NCBI RefSeq assembly: GCF_006345805.1
Contig: NC_043006.1
Coordinates: forward strand, 98,084,001-98,148,000
Origin: Octopus sinensis
Taxonomy: Eukaryota
Reading direction: 5' to 3'
DNA length: 64,000 nucleotides
Shown here: positions 27,611 to 40,267 of the stretch, in pieces
How the letters are laid out: every line of letters begins with the position of its first letter
Position numbering within the stretch: position 1 is the first letter of the stretch
Translations under genes and position numbers: made by a program
Notes under the pieces: model-generated
Told to the model about the DNA's origin: nothing
Databases searched by the model: none
Seen by the model: only the letters and a program-made list of their open reading frames with translations

Positions 27611-27960
27611 TCATGCTTTACCCTTATTTTAAAAAGTCGCAAAGACTTTGAAAATGTTCAGCATGATAAAATTATGTTAGCATTTTCTACCTTGTACTAT
27701 TTTCCTTATATATATCAACTCGTGTGTTACTTTTTAACATGCAAGACAGACAGAAACACACACACACACACACACACATTCATACACACACACACACGCA
27801 CACGCACACACATACACTCATACACATACTCATACACATACACACTCGCACACCTATAAACATACACAGACATATATGGTCGGTCAAAGAGATCAAAGTG
27901 ATATATACATACACATATGTATATATATATGAGGTTGTGTGTACATATGTATATATGTAA

Positions 27961-28012
<52 letters not shown>

Positions 28013-28083
28013 ATGTGTGCGTGTGTGTATGTGCGTACGTGTGTCTGTATTTGTGTGTTTATGCGTGTTTTCGTGTGTATTTT

Positions 28084-28119
<36 letters not shown>

Positions 28120-28451
28120 GAGGGATGTTTATGTATAGGTGTATGTATGCACATGCTCAGAGAGAGTGCAGCTTTTATTCGTCACTTAACATTCAATACA
28201 TGAAAATGCCGCATAGTTTTTTTTCTTTACCTTTGTTTTTACCATTACAAGAATTGAAATATAGAAAAAACTAAATGGCAAACATACTGGACGTGTTTTT
28301 TAAATATAAAGAAGATAGAAATTTAGAAACAAGCATGACTATGATGTTATTTTTACTTTTCAGTTGGCAACGGTGAAGAGCAATAGGAATTAACTTTTGA
28401 ATAAACAGCCATTAATACAAAATGTACCATTGAAATGTGTTTACCTCAGCC

Positions 28452-28470
28452 ACTACAGCCGCTGCTGCTT

Positions 28471-28542
<72 letters not shown>

Positions 28543-28598
28543 ATATTACTACAACTCCTACTACTAGCATCACCCACCACCACCACCGCTACCACCAT

Positions 28599-28648
<50 letters not shown>

Positions 28649-28954
28649 TTGCTGCTGTTGCTGTTGCTGCCTGCACTACTACAGCTGCTGCTGCTGTTTC
28701 TTCAGGAATTTCAATGTTAGCAATACCATCAAAAGAATCAGTATTAACAATGATTACGGTAATGATGTTGCTAATAAAACTAGTAGTGATAATAATAATA
28801 ATAATGATAACAATAACAATAATAATAATAATAATAATAATAATGATAATAATGATAATAATAATAATAATAACAACAATAATAATAATAATAATAATAA
28901 TAATATAATGATAATAATAATAATAATAACAACAATAATAATAATAATAATAAC

Positions 28955-28989
<35 letters not shown>

Positions 28990-29005
28990 TAATAATAATA
29001 ACAAC

Positions 29006-29076
<71 letters not shown>

Positions 29077-29218
29077 TAATAATAATAATAATAATAACAA
29101 TGCTATTATTATTATTCATATAAAAAAATTAATAATATGAACAATAGGAATATGCATCTTTCATTTTCTTTTTTCTTCTTTTCTTCGTCCCTTTCCCATT
29201 ATTATTATTATTATTAGC

Positions 29219-29261
<43 letters not shown>

Positions 29262-29487
29262 TTATTATTGTTGTTGTTGTTGTTATTATTATTATTATTA
29301 TTATTATATTGTTGTTGTTGTTGTTGTTATTATTATTATTATTATTATTGTTGTTGTTGTTATTATTATTATTATTATTATTGTTGTTGTTGTTGTTGTT
29401 ATTATTATTATTATTATTATTATATTATTGTTGTTGTTGTTGTTGTTATTATTATTATTATTATTATTGTTGTTGTTGTTGTTGTTG

Positions 29488-29522
<35 letters not shown>

Positions 29523-29620
29523 GTTGTTGTTGTTGTTGTTATTATTATTATTATCATTATTATTATTATTTTATTAACTTATCATCAACATCATCATCAT
29601 CATCCTCATCATCACTATTA
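28452..29620. repeat. Large compound trinucleotide array (CTA, CAC, GCT, AAT/AAC/GAT, then ATT/GTT, CAT)
   Basis: Directly visible. Confidence 0.95.
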
Positions 29621-30987
29621 TACTATAAATAGCAATGCATCAGTACAGGAAATACAGAAGAAGCATTTAAGATGACTATTTGCAGCCTATTGTCCTACAT
29701 GGTACTTGTGACATCATGTCTAGATGAGTAATATTATATGTACACACATGTATATACGTATGCATCTGTGTATATGCCTACACACACACACACGTAACAG
29801 ACACAGAAACTCACACATACATATATTTGCTGTGTACTTCTCAACGAAAATGAATGTTATGACGAAAAGTCTTCTATTGATATTCAGCAGAGAAGAGAAA
29901 GAAATGTTTATGGCTTAATCTCCTTTTTTCTTTTTTTTTCTTAACAATTACCCTTTTATTTGTTATTTCCTTGTTCAGATATTTAGTGTTCCGTTGAATT
30001 TTTATTACACATTGTGTTGGCGTTTTCATAATGTACGTAAGCTGTATGATAAGAAGGCAAATGAAGGCGTGTGTTTTTGGAGAAGAATTTCAGAAAATCT
30101 TTTGGCGTTAAAAGTCAATAATCAGCCATGGAGGATGGTACTGTTTCTTTATCTAAGTATTTCAATAACACTGAAAGTCACATTCTTTTCTTGACTTTAT
30201 CATAGCAAGTGAACTAATAAAACTTTTCTATAAACTGACTTATAGATTAATTGTTGCATATGATCATCATATGGTCGGATTCTGGGTTATCTTCTAGAAT
30301 GTAAATTTGCAGCATTCTATTATTCTAAATAGTTATCAGTTTCATCCAGGGACGTTGTCTTTAACACTATTACTTGCTTCTTTTAGACTAAATTCTCGGA
30401 CCTGTGACCCGAATCGGTCCTGGTGTTTCTTCCTGTGTTATAAGTTCGTCAGTATATTATACGAGAATTTATATAATTCTTCTTTGAACACATGGAGACC
30501 TACACCGCATAGATTTCCCAGGCCTTTTGGCGATGCAAGGAAAAGGTAATGGCCTTTGAACCCTAAGTTATCTCAGTTTTGATTTTTGATTCCTGATCGA
30601 GATGGCATATATTTATATTACGCTATGTCCAGTATGCGTAAAATGTAGAAAAACATACCTTGGAGCGATACGTATTTCATCTGTATTCGAAGCACAAACT
30701 TTAATTGGATGAAAGCAACAAATAAATTGATAAGTTAGGGGTTAACTTTAGGTTCTTTATTTTCTGAGTTGACATGGTGATAGTGTCAACTTTGTGTTTC
30801 ATCCTTCAGGTGTCAAGTGTACACGAATATTTTCTCTCAGTTTTATTAAGCGTGTGACAAAAATATATCATCTCAGTATCGAAATATCAAACGATACGTA
30901 AAAAATATTGAGACAAACAGACAGAATACGTTACTAACATACATACAGGCTTACGTACACATAAATCAACTCAGCCAGTAAACATCT

Positions 30988-31399
30988 ACTCTTTACTCTT
31001 TTACTCTTTTACTTGTTTCAGTCATTTGACTGCGGCCATGCTGGAGCACCGCCTTTAATCGAGCAACTCGACCCCGGGACTTATTCTTTTGTAAGCCCAG
31101 TACTTATTCTATCGGTCTCTGTTGCCGAACCGCTAAGTATCGGGGACGTAAACACACCAGCATTGGTTGTCAAGCAATGCTAGGGGGCAAACACAGGCAC
31201 ACAAACATATACGCACACATATATATACATATATACGGCGGGCTTCTTTCAGGTTCCGTCTACCAAATCCACTCACAAGGCTTTGGTCGGCCCGGGGCTA
31301 TAGAAGAAGACACTTGCCCAAGATGCCACGCAGTGGGACTGAACCCGGAACCATGTGGTTGGTAAGCAAGCTACTTACCACACAGCCACTCCTGCGCCT
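30988..31399 (-). mobile_element. SINE family A, full-length copy
   Basis: Colinear with other full copies. Confidence 0.9.
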
Positions 31400-32294
31400 A
31401 TATACAGATATATAAACAATCATCCATAAACTGAAATGCGCTATAAATATACCTACATATAAATGCATATATAGTTATGGAAATATTCGGTAATATTTTA
31501 CTAATATACATACACACTTACGCACTAATAATACAACTTAAGTAGTAAGGAACTATATCCGCACACCACACACACACACCACACACACACACACACTCAT
31601 GCATAAACGAATACATCCGTCATTGTGTTCAATAACGTATATACACATACGAGAAACACATGTAAACACACGAATATACACTCATACATAAAGCAAAATG
31701 GTCCATATTTTGTAAAACAACTTTATTTCATTTTTATTTTATATTTTTATTAACATATTAAATTATTTTCATTATTTATTATTAATCATTATTTTTATCC
31801 TTTATTTTCATTATTATACATTTTAATTTATTATCATCATTATTGTATTTAAATGAAAATAAAAAGATTAACATATGCACAAACACACACACACAACACA
31901 CACACACACACAATAAACATTCTTTCATCTGCTTAGACTGTTGTAGTAATTCGACTGATCAAAATGTAAACTATGTAATGTTCATTTTCGCCCAGAAGAT
32001 TTTCTACACAGGATACTCAAAGTGCAAGCTCATGTTATTGTATATGTTTGGCAATTTAAATTGGAAGTGAAGTGAAACAATTGTAGGCAATATTAATTAA
32101 TTAATAAATTAATTTATGTCCATTTAATCTCTCCATTTTCAAACTTAAGAATATTTATGTTTTATGATATATTTATAGAAGAAATATCTCTTCAAAGTAT
32201 ATTAAACAAGGTACCTTGGATAAATCTAACCCTATAATAGGTTTAAGTATTTTCATAGTGAATATATATTTATATATATATATATATATTTAAA

Positions 32295-32449
32295 ACGGAC
32301 TTCTTTCAGTCTTCTTCTTCCAAATCCACTCAAAGATTCAGTCGAGCCGAGGCTATAGTAAAAACACTTGCCCAAGGTGCCACGCAGAGATTGAATGCGA
32401 ATCCCTGTGGTTGGTAAACAAGGTACTTACATAGTCTCTCCTGCGCCTA
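32295..32449 (-). mobile_element. SINE family A 5' half, diverged
   Basis: CAAATCCACTCA..ACACTTGCCCAAGGTGCCACGCAG..CTCCTGCGCCT. Confidence 0.8.
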
Positions 32450-32455
32450 TATATA

Positions 32456-32545
<90 letters not shown>

Positions 32546-32683
32546 TATATATATTTATGTATATATATATATATATGTATATATATAAATGTATGTGTGT
32601 GTGTGTACGTGTGTGTACATAATTGTGATTCAGAGATCAACGGTTTTGTGCGTGGAACTTACCAAAATTGAGATAACGTGAAA

Positions 32684-33957
32684 TATTGGGTCATGTCATA
32701 AATAATGGGCTTTTTTTAATACTTCCTTATTTTCCAATGATAAGATAAATAAAATATTTTTTCCACCTAAAATATACTCTCCTTCATTTTCTACAATGCT
32801 CGTCCATCTGTCTGAAAGGCTTGCAAGGCCCTTCTTCCAAAATTAATTTGTCCATGACGAAAAATACTCCCCCAGTACTGTTCTGACATCGTCTACAAAA
32901 TTCATATTTTTTTCCGTCCAGATGATTTCGAAGACTGCGGAATAACTGATAACCAGATGGGGCAACGTCCAGCGAGTATGATGGGTGGGACATTGTTTCC
33001 CATCCAAACTGCTCCAGCCTTTTGAATGACATGCTTGCTGTATGCAGTCGAGCATTAACTGATGGAAGAACACCTTTCGTCTTGAAACCAAAGATGGTCG
33101 TTTTTATTCTAGCGCTGATTTTTGTCGCTCACGCTGCTTACAGTAGAACCCATTTGTTATCGTTTGGTTTGGGTTTAAAATTTCAAAGTGAACTAAACCA
33201 CCAAACAGATAACAGTTTATGTGGGTGAAGACCTTTTTAACAAGGGGTTCCGGTGTTTCTCCTTTCCCTACCCACTGTTTTCAGCGCTTGACGCTTTTAT
33301 AAAGAACCTATTTCTCGTAATCAGTCCCTATTCGGTTCAAAAAAGTTTCAGTGTTGAGACGTGACAGCAAAGAACAGAACATATTCATTCCCGTGTGCAA
33401 TTAGACTCGGGAAGTTTGTAAGGAACCCATTGACCTAATTTGCTGACTTTTCCGATGGCACGCAAGTATCGATAAATGGTTGAATGACCAACTCCATGCT
33501 CGTCTTCTCGCTCCTCATTAGTTGCCATGTGATTTTGTTTCACCAGGGTTTGCAGTACGTCCTCGTCAAGCTCTACAGATCTTCCAGGACGAGGCCCGTC
33601 TTCTAGGCTGTAGTTTCTGACTCGGAATTTCTGGAACCACCGTTGACACTGGCTTACGCTTATTGTACGATCCTCATATACTGCATTAATATTCATCGCA
33701 CTTGCCGTTGCATTGATACTTTTATTGAACTCATTAAGCAAAATATGTCGAATACGGTTCTTTGTCACTTCCATTGTAGCTTTGATAAAATAACTATTAA
33801 AATAGGATTACCCTCTTCAAAACTTGCACTAAGAATATATATAAGGTAAAATCACTACTTGCTTTTATAGCAAGTTGATAAATGTACTTTATCCCGCTCC
33901 CTCCGATTTCTAGTTCATGCAATTAAAAAACCGCATTATTCATGGGACGGGCCAATA
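32684..33957 (-). mobile_element. Full-length defective mariner transposon (~1.27 kb)
   Basis: Diverged ~36 bp TIRs with terminal TA; transposase 33774 to 32784 with HTH, PRPGRS, WVPYKL (WVPHEL) and HPSYSLDVAPSGY (YSPDLAPSDY); frameshifted. Confidence 0.92.
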
Positions 33958-34575
33958 CGTGGGTCATTGTACCACTAATCTAGTAACTGTTTGGCGATGA
34001 AAAATAGAAGGCAGAGACTAAGGGAAACAGAACTCGCGTACTAAATTCTGCTTCATTTTATTTGTTCCAAGCTGTACCTACCTTCAGTCTGTCTGTCTGT
34101 TTGTCTATTTGTCTCTCTGTGTACGTACGTATGTGTAATCTATTTTCTCTCTCTTTATTTATGCCTATGTGGGTGTATGGGTGTGCAGTGGAAATGCGGA
34201 TTTTTATCTAGCGAAGAAACCCAAGTTTGGACATCAGACAAGCAGTATTCGTCAGTACTTTAGTTCACTTCATTATTATGTAAATACATACGTCAATAGC
34301 AGCTGTTCGAACAAGACTTCAATATCTTTGTTGCCCATAATAACATTTTCATTTTTCATTGTCATCTTTGTTCAGTAAGTATATTTGAATAACTCAAAGT
34401 AGATGACACTTACTGTTTCATGATTGCACAATCATCGATCTCTGTGAATGCCTGCAAGGTTGCTGAGATCAGCAGTGACAACAATGATGTAATTACATCA
34501 ATAATTACATAATGAAACAGTTAATTAAGAAATTAATGATTTATGAAGAGTATTAGGAATATACGTGCGCACGCT

Positions 34576-34677
<102 letters not shown>

Positions 34678-34779
34678 CAGGAAGAATAACTTATACTGCT
34701 TAGATTTGAAATGCCATTAGCCTTATAGTTTATAATCTTGCTCTACGTAAAATAAAATTGAAGATGTGGGAAAAATTTT

Positions 34780-36260
34780 CATGTAGTAAAAAGCTTAGCA
34801 TGCCCAAGAGGTTGGTAAGAGTTAGTCCCTTTCATACTCATTCTTCTTGGCAATGCAGTGTTGGTAATGATTCCCAGTAAAGCTGCTCACTTTCATTACT
34901 TCATCAAGTGTTAGATGTTCACGAATTGTTCTAAATGTATTGGTGCACCATCTAGACTTTCCAACCCGGGTTATGCGATATATCGATGCAATGGCCTGTC
35001 AAAACCCTCGTACCCATTTGTGCAACATTATTTCACCCCTTTCATTTGACACGATGTGAATGTGTATTGTGAAGAAAGCCAAATTCACCACGTTATTCGT
35101 TTCATTCGCTTTCCTGACCGAGATTCAATTGTTCTCAAAGCACGTCGTGTATATTGATGATTGAACGGTTCACTTGAAAGCCATTCAAGTGTACATGTAA
35201 ATGAAGGAAGAGCAACTGGTAGAATAACCAAAGGATTTCGCTAGATTACCTTACTACCAGCATTCATTCTGTCAAAAGAGTAGTATACACCCCTGAAGCT
35301 ATAATTTTTGCTGAAGTGTACGTCGAAATATCGTGAGTCTGGCAACTTAACATAAGTATTTTTTCTTGCACAGATTACATCTGCAACATTATTTCTAAGA
35401 CTCAGTGGCCCCACCATAATTCAGCATTCGAGTACTCTATATTTTTTTTAACATCACCTGTTCTGCTCTACTCCATGACTTTCTTCGTGGCCAATGCGAT
35501 ACAAGTTTAGACTAAGAACTTGGGGTAGGTTGGACCGATTGGTTTGAAGATGGCCTCACTCTCAAGAATTTAACTAAGCTAACGACTGGGATATTATCAC
35601 ATGTATTTCGGTCAACACATAGAGCTATTCATCATAATGCGCGCTATCTTGCAGTTCAGCAATGGTAACTCCCTGAAAAATGGCAAGCTTACACTCAAAC
35701 CTCTCAGCCATGTACACAGAAACATTGCATTTGCTCTATACCTCCATCTCAAGATCTACGAATCAAGTGAATGCCACATTGATGCTCTTGTAGACAGGGT
35801 AGGATTTCACATATTCAGTTTGTCTTTAATCACTTGGTGTTCATTTGCCACCTCGAGCTGAGACTGTTATAAAAAGGGGCCACAACCGCGACGTTTCCGG
35901 CACAGTTTGAACCTATTAACCTTTATCACAGCGACGATAGGTATGTAGCCGGATTAATCATTATTTCTATTTGAATGGGGAAAAACTATACTCTGAGATG
36001 ACATGTGCTGCGACAGATTTTCCTTTGTCCTGTTTGTCCTTCCTCTCAGAAATGTGCAGTACGCCATTCGCTACGTAATGAATCAATGACGCGAACTATG
36101 GGTCTCCGCGCTGTCCGGAATTCCACCTTCCTCCGACAAGATAGAGATAAAGGTGTTATGCCTAGGAAAAGAATACTCCAATGTAAGGTGACTGTTACGT
36201 TAGATGCTGGTAGATGCTACTTCTGGTAGAAATACGTATTGTTCACTATCCACTTGGACT
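34780..36260 (-). mobile_element. Highly decayed LINE relic, possibly RTE-like (endonuclease to RT start)
   Basis: Faint minus-strand matches to PG.DG, NYRP-like and WH.LD-like motifs in GC-richer sequence. Confidence 0.3.
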
Positions 36261-36739
36261 TCTATTGCTGTCTAAATCGTTCTACCAAAAACGTGAATTT
36301 GTTTATTTCCCGTAACTTAGCGTTTCGACCAGAGATAACGATAGATTAAGTGACAGCAGGCTTTAAAAAAAGTACTGTCGTTGATTTCTTTGACTAAGAA
36401 TTCCTCAAGGCGGTGTCCCAGCATAACGGTATTCTAGTGACTGGAACAATTACAAGGTTAAAAGATAAAAGATAAAGGACAAATTTTAAAATAAAATATA
36501 TCAGGCTGAATAGCTGTTGACAGTATTACTTTCAAGTGTCTCTGCTGTAAAATATAAACCATTATTTCTTTTAGCACCACCAGCTGACTCTTGGTAAACT
36601 TTAGCGGAACCAAAGACTGCTGCAAGAATTCAGGCCCCGTTTTTGCTCCGTGGAAGAACTTGGTCAACTGTTTCAAGGAAATTTAGCCAACATTGTGCTA
36701 TATTAGCATTCAGTTTGTTTCTAACGAAGTAAATAGCTA

Positions 36740-36995
36740 CAGAAGCAGTATTAAGAACAAAAAAGCAGTCATTATGTCTAACGTAACGCAGATGTTTTTT
36801 TTTTGTTTTGTTTTTTTATAACACCATTATTTATTTAGAGAAGATCTCACTTATGTACTCGAGGTGTATAAAACACTAATATTTATATGATTCGCAGACG
36901 AGAGTGGTCTGCTACAGCCTCCGGAACTAGCAGATCACGTGATTTCGCCCTGTTTTTGGTTCCTCAGCCCGCTGACTAATCGGGGTATCAGTGCC
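36740..36995 (+). mobile_element. Solo fragment homologous to the 5' region of the Penelope-like element at 24695
   Basis: GTCTGCTA..GCCTCC..AACTA.CAGATCACGTG shared with 24830-24866. Confidence 0.6.
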
Positions 36996-37060
36996 CGAAT
37001 ATACACCTACATACAAAGATACATAGATACGCACACACACACACATACACGCATACACAT

Positions 37061-37096
<36 letters not shown>

Positions 37097-37149
37097 ACAC
37101 ACCACACACACACACACACACACGTATATATATATATATAATATATATA

Positions 37150-37187
<38 letters not shown>

Positions 37188-37191
<4 letters not shown>

Positions 37192-37540
37192 TCGGGATGG
37201 TCACTTTGTTTGCCAAATAAACAAATGCACTATATATCTTCATTCTTCATTAGGTTATTACTGTTCTTATACTAACTCATGTCCATTGTCTGGAAGTCTT
37301 TCGTCTCACATCAATGACATCTTTAGCGACACTTTTCGTTCTCGTCTGTGCTCTTGCTCCGCTTAGCACAGAGAATGGACTAAGCGGAACAAGAACATAC
37401 ATGAGGATCAAAAGTGTCGCTGAAGAGGTCACAGATGTATGACGAAAGATTTCCGGACAATGGACATGAGTTAGAACAAAGGTTCTCAATCAATTTTGGA
37501 GTCACAAAGGGCGCCCTTAGGAATTTATTTTTATTTTTCA
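37188..37540 (-). mobile_element. Putative solo pLTR related to 18540-18720, with decayed hammerhead
   Basis: Shared ATTTCGG.ATGGTCA..GCACTATATAT; minus strand CUAAAGA-U-GUC..GAC-GAAA-GAC.UC. Confidence 0.5.
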
Positions 37541-37544
37541 ATAT

Positions 37545-37710
37545 AGGCGCAGGAGTGGCTGTGTGGTAAGTAGCTTGCTAACCAACCATATGGTTTCGGG
37601 TTCAGTCCCACTGAGTGGCATCTTGGGCAAGTGTCTTCTGCTATAGCCCCGGGCCGACCAATGCCTTGTGAGTGGATTTGGTAGACGGAAACTGAAAGAA
37701 GCCTGTCGTA

Positions 37711-37753
<43 letters not shown>

Positions 37754-37962
37754 TTGTGTGTCTATGTTTGTCCCCCTAGCATTGCTAGACAACCGATGCT
37801 GGTGTGTTTACGTCCCCGTCACCTAGCGGTTCGGCAAAAAAGACCGATAGAATAAGTACTGGGCTTACAAAGAATAAGTCCCGGGGTCGATTTGCTCGAC
37901 TAAAGGCGGTGCTCCAGCATGGCCGCAGTCAAATGACTGAAACAAGTAAAAGAGTAAAGAGT
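37545..37962 (+). mobile_element. SINE family A, full-length copy
   Basis: A-box, B-box, CCTTGGGCAAGT-like core, internal microsatellite, (AAAGAGT)n tail. Confidence 0.92.
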
Positions 37963-38662
37963 ATATATTGCCCGAACAAAACGTACTCAGATACAGACCT
38001 ACACACAAAAAGCAGAAATAGAGAATATGTGTATATATATATGTATAGACAGTCACACAAATGTATGTGGCTTAGATCCGTATATATACTGACACAAACC
38101 CTGGTGAAAGTAGAGTGGATGGAACAAAATGTTTGTAAGGTCATTAAGATTATCTAACAGATAATAGAAGAATCATAGAACATTAGGCTATGTATTCGTG
38201 CTCTAAGTGTGCAATCAGGCGTGTGTCCAAATTCGCGATTTTTCCCTTGTACAGATAGACTGAATTTCATTGCTTTTTAGGCTGATATAACTGGCATTTT
38301 TATACCTAATCAGAGAAAAAAATTAAGGCATCAGTGAACTTCATATTCAAGGGTACGATGAAGCTATAGAATTATCCGGGTACTCGACTGATAGTCAACC
38401 ACATCTTATAGCAGAAATTGCTTTTAGTTATATCAGTTCATGACATAACCTCTGTTTTTTTCTCCAATGTCATCTGTTTTTTCTTATTACCACTCTATAT
38501 TCATCTAATATTGTATGTATGTATCTATGTATGTATGTATGTATGTATGTATGTACGTATGTATGTATATATATTAGTTTTTTCACTTTTTACTATTTTC
38601 TATATATTCAACCACGTGCTTTGACAAACCAACTTTCTCATCTATATATATATATATATATA

Positions 38663-39440
38663 TGTAATAAATAAAAATATATGCATACATACAAACATAT
38701 ATGTACGTACCTACATCTACATGTATATATACATGCATATATAAATAAATATACGTAAGTACAGGACGCCACAACAAGACGTAGAAACGGGAAAAACAAA
38801 AATTTTTACAAGAAAACAAGTACAGGACATGCTACACAAGGAAAATCTCACCGTCATCAGCTGTCGCTAGTTAACTCAGGCGTGTTTCGAAGGCAAGACA
38901 GGACACATCGTCAACTAGGCCTTCCTGCGAGAGAATTAAAATAAAATTCCAAGCAGCGGGGTAAAACGGGTAAGAACACAAACAGGATGTAACAATAAAA
39001 CTGCACAATAAAATACAAGAAAAAAATACATGTACAAAAAAATACAAGACGAGAAATAAAAAGAGAATACAATACGGGAAATCAAACAAACAAGAGAACA
39101 AATGAGAAAAAAACAAACAAACGAAAAGGCCGTTTTTTGGCTAGACGAAAGATTTTGTGTGGCAGCGTGTGGAAAGCATGACTTTTCAGTAGCAGAGGCA
39201 GCGTGCAAAAGAAAGAAATTTTTTAGGCTGGCAGTGAGAAAGAAGGAAAGAGGAGGGGGACACGCTGCTAAGAGAGAGAAAAGAGGAAGAGTGAGAGGGA
39301 CAGAGAGAATGGAGAGGGTAAAGCAAAGGGAGAGAATTTCGCGTCTTAAATATTTATATAAAAATTAAATGGAGACAAGAAGTGGAACGAACCGACGAAT
39401 GGAAACGAACCTGACGCGAGGCGCTGTCAGACAATAATGT
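38663..39440 (-). mobile_element. Putative pLTR-type repeat unit; first ~170 bp repeated at 39437-40007 (SINE-interrupted); homologous to 52211-52576
   Basis: Direct sequence similarity; partial tandem arrangement; abuts (AT)n; carries hammerhead core motifs. Confidence 0.6.
38847..38907 (-). ncRNA. Candidate non-circularly permuted hammerhead ribozyme
   Basis: GUGUC|CUGUC-UUGCCUUC-GAAACAC-16 nt-GACAG-CUGAUGA-CGGUGAG; stems I and III pair, stem II register ambiguous. Confidence 0.55.
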
Positions 39441-39456
39441 AATAAATAAAATATAT

Positions 39457-39857
39457 AGGCGCAGGAGTGGCTGTGTGGTAAGTAGCTTGCTAACCAACCT
39501 CATGGTTCCGGGTTCAGTCCCACTGCGTGGCACCTTGGGCAAGTGTCTTCTGCTATAGCCCCGGGCCGACCAATGCCTTGTGAGTGGATTTGGTAGACGG
39601 AAACTGAAAGAAGCCTGTCGTATATATATATATGTGTGTGTTTGTGTGTCTGTGTTTGTCCCCCTAGCATTGCTTGACAACCGATGCTGGTGTGTTTACG
39701 TCCCTGTCACTTAGCGGTTCGGCTAAAAGAGACCGATAGAATAAGTACTGGGCTTACAAAGAATAAGTCCCGGGGTCGATTTGTTCGACTAAAGGCGGTG
39801 CTCCAGCATGGCCGCAGTCAAATGACTGAAACAAGTAAAAGAGTAAAGAGTAAAGAG
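39457..39857 (+). mobile_element. SINE family A, full-length copy with apparent 3 bp TAT target duplication
   Basis: Compared with empty paralogous site at 38671-38690. Confidence 0.92.
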
Positions 39858-40005
39858 TATGCATACATACAAACATATATGTACGTACCTACATGTATAT
39901 ATACACGCATATATAAATAAATATAATTTAGTACAGGACATCACAACAAGACGTAGAAACGGGAAAAACAAAAGTTTTTACAACAAGAAAACAAGTACAG
40001 GACAT

Positions 40006-40043
40006 GCTTTTCAAATTTCTTACATGTAAGAAATTTGAAAAGC
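40006..40043. repeat. Perfect 38 bp palindrome
   Basis: GCTTTTCAAATTTCTTACA|TGTAAGAAATTTGAAAAGC. Confidence 0.97.
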
Positions 40044-40228
40044 TGAACGCGAAATCGGTCTTTCTTCAAAAATTATGTCATTGTAGGAAAAAAAATTTAT
40101 AACATCCTTCAGACATATTGTCTCAAATATATATTTTTTAACCTTCTAAAACAAGCCTTCTGCAGTTTTTTCACTTTTTACTATTTTCTATATATTCAAC
40201 CACGTGCTTGCACATACCAACTTTCTCA

Positions 40229-40267
<39 letters not shown>

